DNA from: Dipteris shenzhenensis
Taxonomy: Eukaryota
Direction: 5' to 3' (one strand)
Length of the DNA: 64,000 bases
Assembly (NCBI GenBank): GCA_047967505.1
Contig: CM106538.1
Made by a program: the position numbers and the translations under genes. Position 1 is the first letter of the stretch. The number at the start of each line of letters is the position of its first letter. The notes beneath the pieces were generated by a model, which saw nothing but the letters and a program-made list of their open reading frames with translations, ran no database searches and had not been told where the DNA came from. Positions 26,191 to 40,000 of the stretch are shown piece by piece.

Positions 26191-27156
26191 TGTTAAGGCA
26201 TTAACACCCTATGGGGTTAGCATAGACCCGAAGGAGCGCAAGTAGTTGCAACTCTTTAGTCGACGATTGCAACTGCATATGTTGTATATCCTCGACACCA
26301 AGTGTCTCTTCATCAATACATGCAGTTTACGAATTCAGATACATTGTGTTTTCCATTTTGCTTTTTCGCATACTTTGTGTCTCGTGTATGTGAGTATGCA
26401 CATCATTTACTTGTCGTAATGCCTACGACTTAGTGAGTTATACATTGACGATCACAATTAACTAAGAACTGTTCATACATGTGGGGTGTGTGTCGAGCCT
26501 CATGGCACACCATTCGTGTCAGCATTACTGAGAGGGATGGCATGTGGCGCACCCATGACTGGAGGGTTCATTGGCAGACTTGCAAGTGCTCATCGTCTGG
26601 AGATGGCAACAACTCAACACTGTGGTCAAGGATCTATTCACGATGAATACACGGCCCCACAACACGCTCGTTTTGGAGATCATCGTTTTGTGAGCGAATT
26701 GGTTCGTCAAGTTTGGATGCTCCATGCAGGCATTGATCGTCTCACTTGTCGTATTGTGGTACTAACTTGTGGCATGAATGCAAACGAGGTCACAAGGACC
26801 TCCATATCCACTAGTACTGACAACGAGGCTGCCTCGTCGACCTAAATCATCTCTCTTTATAGACGAAGACTTCCATGTGGATAGGGATGTTAAATGTACT
26901 CCGCAAGATGTTGGTGGTGTACTCGGGCATGGTGGTGCCCAGTTTGTGTCAGGAGCATCTTGTAGGAGAATGTGCGGGAGCCCTATTCTTCACCATCCAC
27001 AATTTGAGTGCGAACGATGCGGTCCAACACTTTTTATGGGGGCAATGTGTGCTGAGTGAGTCGTCTTCATCGATCACTCTGAAAGTGGCAAAGGCAACTA
27101 GGGGACTAGGGCTACAAGCATAGATTGTGCAAGTCATTCCAACCAATCCAATTGCA

Positions 27157-28520
27157 ATGGCAGTGGCTAATGTGAAGAATACAAAATTCCAAGGAACGAC
27201 TTGTGATGGTCCAGATGCACACATTCGCCAGTTTGATAAAATTTACACTCTGAACGTGCTTGGTGTGGTGGATCCCATGTAAAAGAGGGCAGTCTTTGAG
27301 TCCACATTGGAGGCTAAAGCATCACCTTGGTTAGCAGAGTATGCCTCGGACCATTTGCAAAATTATGATGAAATCAAGATCGCTTTTTTGTGGTGGTTTC
27401 ATAAGGAGAAAATAATTCTGCATACACTTGAGGGGATGAGGATCTTGAGACAAGGTGATAAGGACATTGAAGACTACACGGCTCAGTACCGCCAACTTTT
27501 GCAAAGGGTTCTAGTGACTCAATGACCGACAGTGGAGGTGTTGAATGACTGTTTCATCAGCGATCTATCCAAGGATGTATGGATTGCGGTGGCGATGGTG
27601 GATAAGGTCACTTTACCCTTGAATGACTTGATTGATCAAGCTATTTGAGTGGGTGAAGCCTTGCAAGGGGGGTCAGTAAAGACCAGACGATCTTTCAAAA
27701 GTAAGGGAAAAATGAAGTAGGGGATATTAATGAAGAGTCAGATGAGGAGAGTTCGGCAGAGAGTTCATCCGATGAAAGTAGTGATCAGTCGAAGGTGGAG
27801 CAGGTGAAGAACCCCAAAAAGTCCTCTAAAGGGGACCTTTGCAATGACCGAAAGTCACTCAACGGGGCATGTCCAAATGCGGATCTTTGGTGTGTACACT
27901 GCAGGAACTCAAAGCATTCCGGAATGGAGTGTGCAATGAATCAGCAATGGTGTGCGATCTGTTGGATGAATATGCACATAATGGAGCAATGCAGGTACAA
28001 CGAACATAGCCCACACACACTAGTCAACCTCAATGGCCACAACCACTAGCTACGAAGCTTGCATCGGCATACGTGCATCAAGTTGGTATCGGGGAAGTTC
28101 AGGAATAACCTCCAACACGAGGGGGTGTTGGAGGGGGTCGTGGTCGTGGACAAGGAGGAGGATGATGAAGATGTCTGCAAGCGAAGACATGCTTCTTCTG
28201 CCTAGGTGAAGGTCACTAGTGGAACGAGTGTCCTGAAGCGGAAGAATGGGATCGCCAGAAGTAGGAACATTAGAAGATGATGGGGAAGACGCCCAGCACA
28301 TCTATAGTACAAATCATGGAGGACGACCCTACCTTTGCACTAGAGGTGGATGTAGTCACTTGATCAGGCAGAGTGATGCAGACTAAAGTCGGAAAGAAGC
28401 CCGCATTACTTCAGTGGTCTGTGCAAGAGGCGGTGCATCAGCAGGTGCTTGAGTCGACAGCTATGTCGAGGTCCGCAAAGTCCAGTTTGAAGAGGTACCA
28501 CACCCGATGGTGATGCAAGA
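27157..28520 (+). mobile_element. Ty3/gypsy gag remnant with several CCHC-like zinc knuckles
   Basis: KFQG..DGPDAHIRQF..AVFESTLEAKASPWL..YDEIKIAFL..LRQGDKDIEDYTAQYRQL (retrotransposon gag pattern), then WCVHCRNSKHSGMEC and WCAICWMNMHIMEQC. A likely LTR/UTR lies upstream from ~26190. Confidence 0.8.
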
Positions 28521-30539
28521 AGCGAGAAACTTAGGAGGCCACACCAACAATCCCAAGGCGATTCCAAAAACAAGTTCTAGAGTAATGAGACAAAAGCAAC
28601 CACACAATTGAAAAGGGTTCTAGCCCAGATGAATGAAGAAGGTGTGGAAGACCTTCTTGAGGCACTCGCTGGGACGATTGTTGCATTTGGTGCTGCAATT
28701 TCATAAGAGACTTTTGCAAATGTTGACTGGAGTGTCAGCAGTATCGGTGGTGGTGGGTAATATGTTTACATTGGAAAAACTTCCCAACATTCTCCGGTTT
28801 ATTCAGGGGTGATCCTTGCTCCACCAAATGTTGTGACCTTTGGAAAGGGATTGGAAGGCTTGGGAGTTGTTACATGGAAAGGTTTCTCCAAAAAAATTGG
28901 AACCTTTTCCTCCCAAGACTCCATTTGGTTCTCAATCATTTGGAAAGATGCCCAGTTAGAGCAAGAAGAGTTGAAAGGAGCACTAAGACTAAACAAAAAG
29001 TATCATTTGCTAGCAAGATCTTTGGGACACTTGGTTGTAGCAATGGATAGAGGACAGAGAACTCCAAAGAATGTTTAACCTCAACTACTTTGACCTATGT
29101 CTAATCTAGAAAAGGAGGAGATTATGGGATAGGAATTCGACAATTTGGATGGGAGGGAGACAACAACCATTCATAAAGGAATTTAGGTGGTTTAATAAAA
29201 AAATTATTCTACCAGTTCCTATGTTTATAGAACATTCAGAGGATTTAATAAATCATTTGAATATTAAATGGCTCAGAAGAGATAAAGAATCAGTTTGGTT
29301 TGAGAGGATTTGCTCCAAGTCTATCATAAGGCAGTGTGGATGGGAAGCAAAGCTACAAGACTACGTTTTGGGGATGACAAGTGTAGGAGGTGACTTAGAG
29401 CTAGAGAAGACCTTTTGCATCTTTTCATGAACTTTTTTTTGTCTCTCCAAGTTTGGAGCATAATAAGGAAATATGTTTGCTCCTTCCCTTTAAATTATGC
29501 CTACACTCTTTTGGGAGACACTCCAATCAGATTCAAGTAGGATTGGACAGTTATCAGGGCTCAAGCTCTCTTGTGTATTTGGTTACAAAGAGATGCTAGA
29601 CTTTTTAGAGATGAGTATGTTGATGCTTGCCAATGCGGCTTGACAGGTTGAATCATTAGGTGCATGAATGCTTCAAGAATGAATTTGGCAAGTCAAATTG
29701 GTGGCAATTCAAATTGGTAAGAAAAACTTGGAATTTTCTTACAAATATTTGTCAAAGTGCTTCATAATGATGACTCTTAGACTAACTTGAAGAGTTTTGA
29801 TCCAATTGGCATACATCATATTTTTCATCAAGTAGCTGCTTCCCCTTTGGAATCAAGGTTCTTAGATAGTTGTGCTCTTTGCCTCCATTCAACTAAGTCT
29901 CAAAGTGTTCTTGACTTTAACTCTTTTGGTAATTAGTTCATTGATCCTGCTAACAAGGGCGGTGTTAATCCTCTTGGCTAGACTATTGGTAGTCCCCCTT
30001 TATCAATAGTTGTTGCAAATTCTCCTTTAGTGATGCACATTCTAGTTGTGCCTTCAATTCAAGAGAAGGTGTGTTAAGCTGGGTGTGAATTTCTTGTGCC
30101 AAAGCCATAGATACCAAGACGAGCTGACCCAGTTAGATACAAGCGGCCTTCCATGCTTAAACACTCTTTCCCTTATTCTTCCGGTGTGTCCCCGATTGCT
30201 TCTCCATCAGCTCAAATGTTGGCTACAGCTTAATGAGTGTTTTGACTGTTGCGGTACTATCTCCCCATTTTGTTGTATAGGGGAAGAGATATATGTTATG
30301 TAAAACTCTTTTTGAAATCTTAATATAAATCTACAATTTTCACCCCCAAAAAAAAAAAAACACATGACCCCAAAATGCTTATACATGCAAACATAATATT
30401 CCCAACAATTCTAACTCCAAAGTGACATTTAAACAATAATAATAACATTTGGAAAAGTATTATTAAAGATGAACTTAACAATAGAAAAAGCTTCGAGTTT
30501 GAATCAACCTCAACCATGTGTAGTTTCAAAAATGACATA

Positions 30540-31000
30540 TAAGATGTGAGAAAAAAGATGATCTTAAATCTCAAAAAGTTACAGGTACACAAATTATAGA
30601 AAACATCACCAAGATGCATTCCAGAATACAACTACTTGAAAGTTTTTTTAATGATGAGTTAAAGAGACCAAAAGCATAGGGTACACAATTTTTAAGATGA
30701 GTTAAAGAGACAAAAAAATGCAATGTATACAATTGAGAAAAAAGATGATCTTTAATCTCGAAAAATTACAGGTTATATAGTTTAGAAAAATTAGCACCAA
30801 AATGCATTCTAGAATACAACTACTTGAGAAAAGTTTTTATAAAGAGTCAAAGAGACAAAAAACTATAGGGCACACAATTTATGATGAGTCAAAGAGACAA
30901 GAAACCCACATGTTACACGATTGAGGAAAAATGTCACCAAGATGCATTTTAGAATACAACTACTTGAGCAAAGAATTTATGATGAGTGAAAGAGACAAAG
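30540..31000. repeat. degenerate tandem repeat (~140-190 bp units)
   Basis: caccaa(g/a)atgcatt..agaatacaactacttga at ~30607, 30796 and 30936. gatgagt(t/c/g)aaagagac recurs. Confidence 0.75.
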
Positions 31001-31799
31001 CACAACCCACCAAAAGCATTCCCAAATCCTATTAGAGTGTTTTTCATAAAAGTGAAGACTAGAATTACCCCTTAAGAAAAAAGTCTCAATTCTTCAACTT
31101 TGGAATATCAGCAGCAAGTAAAAAGAAGTTTCAAGTGTTATGATAAGATATATTCCAAATCCATTCTAAAATACAACTCCTAAATAGTGAGTACCAAGTA
31201 CTTGCTTCAAAAGATAAAAAAGACAAAGAGACCACTCTACTTGTCAACTCCCTTAAAAAAATAAGTACAAATAAAACCACAATAAATGGAGTTTTAACCA
31301 AAAGAGAGTAATACCATGCCACATGTTTGCATTGCATCTTTCAGGTCTTGCTTCACTGATCCAAGATTGATAGAATTACTTTTAAAATCTTTTGCAAGAA
31401 TAATGACAATCCTTGATGTCTATTTCAAATAGAATAAGGACTTGGCTAGAGCTTCTTCTCTCTTTTACTTCTTTCAACAAATTTTTTTTTCCATTGATGA
31501 AAGTTTTATTAGTTGATGGAAATTTCACTCTATTGCTAATGGAAACTTGTATTCTAGAATATGCCTTCTTTTATGGAATACAAGATACAAATTTCAATTA
31601 GTACTTTGTTAAAATTTTCATCCATTAAAAACTTTAATTTGTGAACATTTCCTTCACTCCATTGATGAAAATTTGTACTTTGGAATATGCCTTGTATTTT
31701 GGAATACATGATACAAGTTTCCATCATTAACGAAAAAAATCTGTCGATGGAAACTTGTATTCTAGAATATGTCTTATATGCATGCACACATCCATACAT

Positions 31800-34406
31800 G
31801 TGTTGGAATTTGCAAGCATGCAATATTCTGAAACATTTCACGTGATAGTGAGTGACTACATAAAATGATGAAGATAGGTGCATGAAATAACTCTTATAAC
31901 TACATCGATTTGAAAATACCATGGCTCCTATAATTGCTCAACTTGCAACACTGTATGAGATACTAACCGACACTTTTATGGAACAAAATATATGCGACTG
32001 AGACAAACACCTCTTGCTCATGCATACGGGCTTTGCTTCAGATTATAAGAAACATACATTAGAGACTCTTCTAAGGACTTCTACAAGTAGTTTCTCTTTA
32101 CACAATTCAGCCCAAAGATGGACAAAGGTAGCACGGCTCTCATTGGAAGATCCTGGACAAAGAGAGAGCCAAATGCATCCGCCATACATGATGGACCACC
32201 ACATCATTCTATGTATGAACTCTTGCCATGTGTGATTGCATGGGCAACCCCCCTTAAAACCTTAGAGCTTCAAAAACCCCATGAAGATTATTCCAACACC
32301 ACCCCTCAATTTGGATGGGGACAAAGTAGTGGAAGAAATACGCTCACATAGGTCCTCGAATTGATACACTATCAGTAGCTGTAAAAAATTATCAACTTCA
32401 ATGAGAATAAGCATAATCCATACTACTTTGAAAGAGCCAAACAAATGCCAAAAAATGTGTACTAGTCTACCCACTAAGAGCCAACTGCCCACAAAGAGCC
32501 AAGTGAAAACAAATGGATTTAACACCCACAAAGAGCCAGAACGATCCAAACAAAATAGGATCAAACACCCACAAAGAGCCGGATTGATCCCACGATTCAC
32601 TACAAGTCTCCTACAAAGTCCATTTATCTTCCAATTCTACAAGTACAACAAAATACATGAACTCTAACAGCATAGATTTCTCCATAAAGCAAACTACCAT
32701 ACCTTTCATATCCAAATAACGACTAGAGAGTAAACTCAAAAGATATGACTTTCTTGCATCACTCCGATTCATTGTGCTTCTTTCTTCCTTGTTTGTTGAA
32801 AACTAATATGTCTTGGAATTGAACTCATTTGTCTCAAATCTTGTGGATGCACTTCTATCCAACAATGAGATCATTAGATCTATGTGCCAACAATGAGATT
32901 GTTAGATCTGTGTACGATTCTACTTTAGACCTTCTCCAACTTGAGACTCTGATCTCATGGTAATCCTTGCAACACTAGCCTCATTTTCAAGGTCTTTGAG
33001 CACAAGTTAAGGACAATTGTTGATCTGGGGGCACATGTGATTTCTAGCTATTTGAGTCCTTCAAGACAAGATTGTTATAATTTCCCAAAAACCTACAAAT
33101 CCTCAGAACCAAGTGACGCTATGATGCCAATTGTTGGAATAAGCAAGCATGTAATACTCTTAGATATTTCACTTGATAGTGAATCCCTGCAACTCAAAAG
33201 AGTGACTGCATAAAATGATGAAGATAGGCGCATCAAATAAAAATCATAACTATAACGATAAAAAATACCACAACTCATATAATTGCTCAACTTGCGACAC
33301 AGTATGAGATTCTAAATGACACTTTTATTGAACAAAAGACATGCCACTGAGACAGAAACCTCATGCTCATGCCCACGTGCTTTGTTGCAGGTTACAAGAA
33401 ACATACATTAGAGACCCTTCTAAGGACTTCTACAAACAACTGCGTCTTTACACAATTCTACCAAAAGATGGACAAAGGTAGCACACGACTCTCATTGGAA
33501 AAGTTTGGAATAAGAGAGAGATGAAAATACATTGAGCTTGTAAATATAGATGTGCCAAACCGCCAGAGAGAATTTTGCCATAGCTTGAGGAAACCGCCAT
33601 ACATGATTGGTCCACCACATCATTCTATGTATGAATCTCCTCCCACATGTGATTGCATGGGCAACCCCCCTTCAAACCTTAGAGCTTCAATCAAAACCCC
33701 ATGAAGATTATTTCAACACCCCCCTTAATTTGAATGGGGACAAATTTATGGAAGACATACACTCACACAAAGCTTGGAATTGATATACTATTGATTGTCA
33801 AAAACTGCCAATTGTAATGAGAATAATCATAATCCATACTGGTTCCAAAGAGCCAAACAAGTGCCAAAAAACATGTACTAAGATCCAAGATTGAAATTTT
33901 ATGACTACCCACAAAGAGCCAAGTGAAATCAAATGAATTTAACACCCATAAAGAGCCAGAATGATTCAACAAAAATCAAATCAAACACCCACAAATAGCC
34001 AGATTGATCCTACGATTCACTGCAAGTCTCCTAGGAAGTCTATTTATTTACCAATTCTGCAACTACAACAAAATACATGAACTCTATCGATATAGATTTC
34101 TCCATCAGGCAAACTAACATACCTTTCATATCAAAATAATGACCAAAGAGTAAACTTGAAATATATAACTTTCCTGCATCACTCCAATTCATTGTGTTTC
34201 TTTCTTCCTTGTTTGTTGAAAACTAATATGTCTCAGAATTGAACTCGAGTCCCAAATATTATGGATGCACTTTTGTCCAATAGAGATCGTTAGATCTATG
34301 TACCATTCTACTTTAGACCTTCTCTTTTCCAACTTGAGACTTCGATCTCATGGTAATTCTTGCAATGCTAGCCTCATTTTCAAGGACTCTAAGCACAAGC
34401 TAGGAC
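31800..34406. repeat. ~1.35-kb tandem repeat, two diverged units; the array resumes at 50622
   Basis: agtgact(a/g)cataaaatgatgaagatagg at ~31851 and 33201, with collinear blocks through to 33014 and 34406. Confidence 0.9.
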
Positions 34407-34842
34407 TTTTCCAAATAGACAAGGGGTTTTCCTCATCGTTATGTCCATGGATTTTTTGAAATCACACCATGGATGGATAACACTGCTTGTAGAATTGTGC
34501 ACCTCTTGAGCCCGACATCTTCTATAGTCTTAAAATAGCTCCTCGTCTTTGGCATATTCTACAAGGGGATCACAGTCAGAGCACAGAGCAAGCCAAATCA
34601 TTGCACTTCAAAAACAAAAGACATTATAAAAAATTTGGACTCAAAAAGGGGCCCTTTGGAGAATTAGTAAAATATTAGAGGCTTGGATAAGGGAATATGG
34701 TATCCATGAAGGAGATTATGCCATGTGGACTTCTTTGTAATAGAGGCTCCCCAAATCTAGGGGAAATTTCATTTTTTTTCAAAATACCCCAAAAAACGTC
34801 ATTGCTTACAAAGAGTGGGAGCCTGCAGCATGCATAACTGGG

Positions 34843-35560
34843 GTGTTGCATGTCCTCCGTGTTGAGATTGGAAGTCTTCAGTATGAAGGTCGCGCACCAT
34901 CAGATTTAAAAAAGGATGGGATCTTCTTCCATGACTCAATCTTAATTGTGCCAGATGAAGAAGGGCAGTATGGTAGATTAGAATCTCTTCTCTTGCCTTC
35001 TTTTGATAGTCCAGAATTGGCCACTTCCAAGCATGGAGATAAGTGAATCATATAGAAATAGAATGTTTAATGATTTGAGAAATGCTACAAAGCCAACTAC
35101 TGGTGGAAGAAATGCTAGGTTGAGTTGGTTTCTTCCATTTCCATGCTTTGTTGATTTCTTTGCAAGTTGTAGGCAATTAAGGAAAACAAAAATCACTTAC
35201 ACTTGCAAGAGCTTAGAATTGGACTGGTTGCTTGAGCTAATTTTTGACAATGGATGGGCAACAAGAACATGTCATGTTGAAGATTTAGTACAATGTCGAT
35301 TGAACACTTCAGATGTGACATTTTGGTAAGCACATCTTACAATTCTTGTTTGTATAAAAAATGATCAGCATAGTATGTATTAACAGATCCCAATTTTGTA
35401 GGCATTTCATTGGAAAGCAAAATCTCTGCATGACTTTCACATATAGAAGATTTAGATAGAAGAACCTGCAATGGGAAGCCATGGATGATGATCTGCACGA
35501 TGGGACTCATAGTCTTGTTGTCGAGGTATTAATTTATCGCAAGGACATCCTGATTGGCAA
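34843..35560 (+). pseudogene. spliced gene remnant of unknown function just inside the left TIR
   Basis: GT-AG introns 35119-35172 and 35326-35401 join frames: ..GGRNAR|QLRKTKITYTCKSLELDWLLELIFDNGW..DVTFW|HFIGKQNLCMTFTYRRFR*KNLQWEAMDDDLHDGTHSLVVEV. Contains stops. Confidence 0.5.
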
Positions 35561-35989
35561 CATCAATTGGCAACAGCAAGCCCTCCCCAAGACTATTAAT
35601 TTATCGCAGTTGGCAACAGCAAGTCCTCCCCAAGACTATTATTTTAGACTTGATAATCGCAAAGTTAGATACAGGGATGAGACAAGTATCCTTTGTAAGA
35701 ATTGTTGCCCCCCCCATACTCTAAAGATAGTAGAGACATGATGGCAGGTATTTCATAATATCTAATTGCTTGGATTCTTAGTGCTTCAACAATGCACTTG
35801 GCAAAATGAGGCATTGTTACATGTATGAACAGAAATCATAAATAATACAAATTATTGTTTCATTTATTGTTAAGATTGTATTTATTAAGTTTGCACCTCT
35901 AGATTGATGGCTCTCTATGGTCTATGTATGATAAAGCGATAAATATTTGTAAGTTCAAATATGTGTGGACATTTGTATATTTGTATTAT

Positions 35990-36252
35990 GCAAGAGAGAG
36001 AGTGTATGAGAGAAAGATAGCAATTAGAGTATGCGAGAGAGAGAGAGTAGTTAGAGACACAAAAGGACACAAAAAATGCACCTCGCCATAAGTCATTGTT
36101 AGATGTATGAATAAAGAGAGAGAGACTATGGGAGAGAGAGTAGTCAAGGACACAAAGGGAGGGAAAGAGATAGAGAGAGGGGGAGGGAAAGATGCGATGG
36201 AGACAGGGACAAAAGAGGGAGATGGAGAGTGGGATAAAGAGAGAGAGAGAGA

Positions 36253-36339
<87 letters not shown>

Positions 36340-36556
36340 AAGATTGCATTTATTCATTGCACCTCTAAGTTGAGAAAGAGAAAAATAAGAAAGTTAGTTA
36401 AAGTCTTCGAGAGACTATGAGATTGAAAAAAAACCCAGATACAACTGATCCAAAGAGTGGAACTGCTAACAAAATACAAAAAATGTATATGTAAAGTCAA
36501 TGTCCATGACAGAGATAGCTAAGGGCAACAAGGCAAGAAGATGATCATCGGGTGCC

Positions 36557-36595
<39 letters not shown>

Positions 36596-36653
36596 GGGAC
36601 ACAAAGGGAGGGAAAGAGATAGAGATAGATAGATAGAGAGCTTGTGGGTCTAT

Positions 36654-36717
<64 letters not shown>

Positions 36718-36787
36718 AATGAGGGACACAAAGGGAGGGAAAGAAAGAAAGAAATATTAACATCCTTGGAAGACCTTGCGGGTCTAT

Positions 36788-36858
<71 letters not shown>

Positions 36859-37020
36859 CAATGAGGGACACAAAGGGAGGGAAAGAAAGAAAGAAATATT
36901 AACGTTCTTGGAAGACCTTGCAGGTCTATGAGAGAGAGAGAGAGAGAGAGAGAGAAGGGCAACAAGGGGAGGAAGGGAGGGAGGGATGGAAATGAGCATG
37001 AGAGAGAGAGAGAGAGAGAG
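35990..37020. repeat. compound (AG)n microsatellite with interspersed repeated units
   Basis: Long AG runs separated by repeated gggacacaaagggagggaaaga and gaccttgc(g/a)ggtctatgag motifs. Confidence 0.95.
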
Positions 37021-40000
37021 ATCATGCTCAACATCATGTGATTACATGTGCATAGCACTGACACATATAGAGTGCTATAAAGGAAAGGATAGATGCCCTA
37101 ACCCTAACCCTAAATGGGTTTGTATATATTCTACATTTTCAATTAAATCTAGTGTACAGTTAGTCATTTGTGATGTGCTCGCTAGCTGTGCCCTCTCTCC
37201 TCATCTCCACTCTTCTCCTCTTCCCTCTTGATATTTTGTCATGGTATCAGAGCATCCTTGCCTTTCGTTGAGGCATTGCGATCCGTATGCAAGAGTATGA
37301 GAGAGTGTGATAGTTTGAGAGATTGAGAGATTGAGTTTTCTCTTCTGCTGAGAGAATTTCCATTCAAAAGAATTCCATGTATTCTTTCCATAAGTGTCAG
37401 TTCATTGTGTTGAGGGAAAATTTCCATCATTCTTAATAGATTTTTGTCATGAGATCCCTTGTGAGAGAAAGAGATCTTTGTGTATTTCTTAATTCATTGA
37501 GAGAGAGAGATCTAAGACATCTCTTCTGTTGAGAGATTGTGTGAAAGTGAACCAGGCCCACATTTATAGCATGCCAAGCCTAGTTGCTAGCCTTGGTTGT
37601 TTGGAGCGATGAGGCTGACTATGTAGTCCAACAGCAATAGTCTACACCATAGCGCCCATGCCAAGCCAGCCGCCAAGCTATTCTACTCGGCTCTAGCCTC
37701 ATAATACCTGCTATGAGGCTCCAACGGCTCAACTCCTACACACCCAGCTTCAACGAGCCCTTCAACCACCTGACTTGGCTCCTAGCTCACAAGTGGCTTC
37801 CAAAATGACACCTTCTGCCAACTGATATGCTACACCAGCTCTCTTGCAAATGGTTGATATCAACTCAGCCATTGCCATAGCTCCCGGCTCCTACAGCATC
37901 AATAGCAGTGACTAGTAGACGACCTTCACAAGATGAGCCACCGTCCATCAAGCTCTTGGCTTCTATGCAGCTCCATGCTCTAGCAAACGGCACTCCCTAC
38001 GACCTTGCAACACCGATCTTGCAACACACAGCTCTCCAAGCAAGGTCTCTATATGCAAATGGCTCACCACCTTCTCCAGTGCCTTCTCCAAGTGGACTCC
38101 ACAGCAATGTATGCTCGGATGGAGTTTTCCTACATTGACGGAATCTGATAGATTCCGTCGGATCTCTTAAGGCTCTACCCTTATGACACGTGGCAGGTAA
38201 GGGGTTACCTTATCCCCTGGTTTACCACATTGGTTAGAAGGTTTCCATGTGGTAGCCTTATTTGCCACATCACCTAGGGTTACCTAACCCTGGACGTGTC
38301 AAACATTCAGTGCAACTACTATCATAAGTTTGGACACTATGAAAGAGATTGCCACAAGAAGCAGTACGGCCAAGGTTGTCACTCCAGGAGCAATCGAGGG
38401 AATTTCCGTGGAAGAGAAAATCATCGTGGTGGACATTCTAGTCACATTCATTATGCAAATGAACATGTGAATATGTTTCTTGAAAACGAGGAAATGCAGA
38501 AGACTAATCTAGACACTGATTACAATACAAAAGAGGATTTCAACTATCAAGTCGACCAAGTAGATTGGGATCCTTGGTACATTGACTGTGGTGCATCATC
38601 TCATATGACAAATCATTAGGAATGGTTCACAAAGATGAAACCATTAGAAGGTCAAAATAATGTCATCTACATGGCACATAATACACTGAATCTAGTCCAA
38701 GGGACATGCATTATCCCTATGAACAATTTCACTAGTACGAAAGGATTGGTGAAAGATGTACTCTATGTTCTGAAGCTCAGCAAGAGCCTCTTGTCTCAGC
38801 ATGTCAAGTGACGGAACACAACTATCGAGTCATCTTTGATGGAGATGAATGCACTATTAGAGACAAATTCAGAAGATTTCAACTAGTAGGAAAAGGAGTC
38901 AAGGAAGGACGCTTGTACAAAATGCTCGCTACAGTACCAGATTTGCATGCCATGTTAACTCAACAGAATAGATGCCACTATTTGCAAAATGGCACAAGAG
39001 ATATGGACATGTCAATTTCAAGAGGATCTCAGGAATCATAATACGGAAATTGGGATTCTTGAGCTATAGTTTCTTGGAAAAGTTTGTGAAGCATGCTGCT
39101 TCAGCAAACAAAAGCAAACCAACTTTGATAGAAGCACCTCTCGAGCAAGTGGTATTCTTGATTTGATACATACAAATGTATGGGGTTATACCCAAACGCG
39201 TATCATCAATGGTTCACTTTACTACTTGATTTTCATTGACAACTACAACAGATATTGTTGGGTCTAATTTTTGAAATAGAAATTTGAAATATTTTCTAGA
39301 TTTCAAGAATTCAAAGCCATGGTAGAAATCCAGACAGGCAGAAAGATCAAAGTCATGAGATCAAATAGAGGAGGTGAATACATGTCTTTAGCATTCATGA
39401 ACTTTTGCAGAAGTCACGGCATTTGAAGACAATTCACATGTGCAGATACTACTCAATAGAATGCAAGAGCTGAAAGGAAGAATGGTACTTTAGCAAATAA
39501 TGCTAGAGAAATGCTTAGTGAGAAGCATCATCCGAATCGGTATTGGGTAGAAGCAATAGCCACTACAAACTATTTGCTTAATAGACTTCCTACCAAACCG
39601 ATATAGGGTATGACACCTTATGAAGCATTCACTGGACACAAGCCATGCATTGGGCATCTTCGCATATTTGGTTGCATAGCATATGCCCACGTACATGATG
39701 ACCATCACAAGAAATCGGAAGTGAAGTCACGCAAACGCATCATGGTTGGCTATAGTGAAGAAAGCAAAGCATACAAGGTGTATGATCCCATCAACCGCAA
39801 GGTCATTATCTCTAGAGATGTAATCTTTGATGAGGAATTAGAATGGAAAACCTAAAAAACACAAGAGATAGACTCATCGGTTTCACAGTCATCTACTAAA
39901 AAGGTTGATGAAGAAGAGCAAGAATTGCCAAAAGCACCTCAAGCAAAGCCACAGTAACTCAGATGGTCTACTAGGGAAAGTAGACCACCAACCAGATTGA

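Noticed and set aside
30540-31000. CRISPR-like periodic repeats
   Set aside because: Units are degenerate, with related rather than unique spacers. Eukaryotic context and no cas genes.
34843-35560. RAG2-like identity for the convergent gene
   Set aside because: No kelch-repeat or PHD pattern is visible. Only the arrangement is analogous.
35986-37064. SLSLSL/ERERER ORFs up to 181 aa
   Set aside because: Artefacts of the (AG)n microsatellite.
37096-37114. Telomere-like ccctaaccctaaccctaaa
   Set aside because: Only three units, inside a copia LTR; a common short motif.
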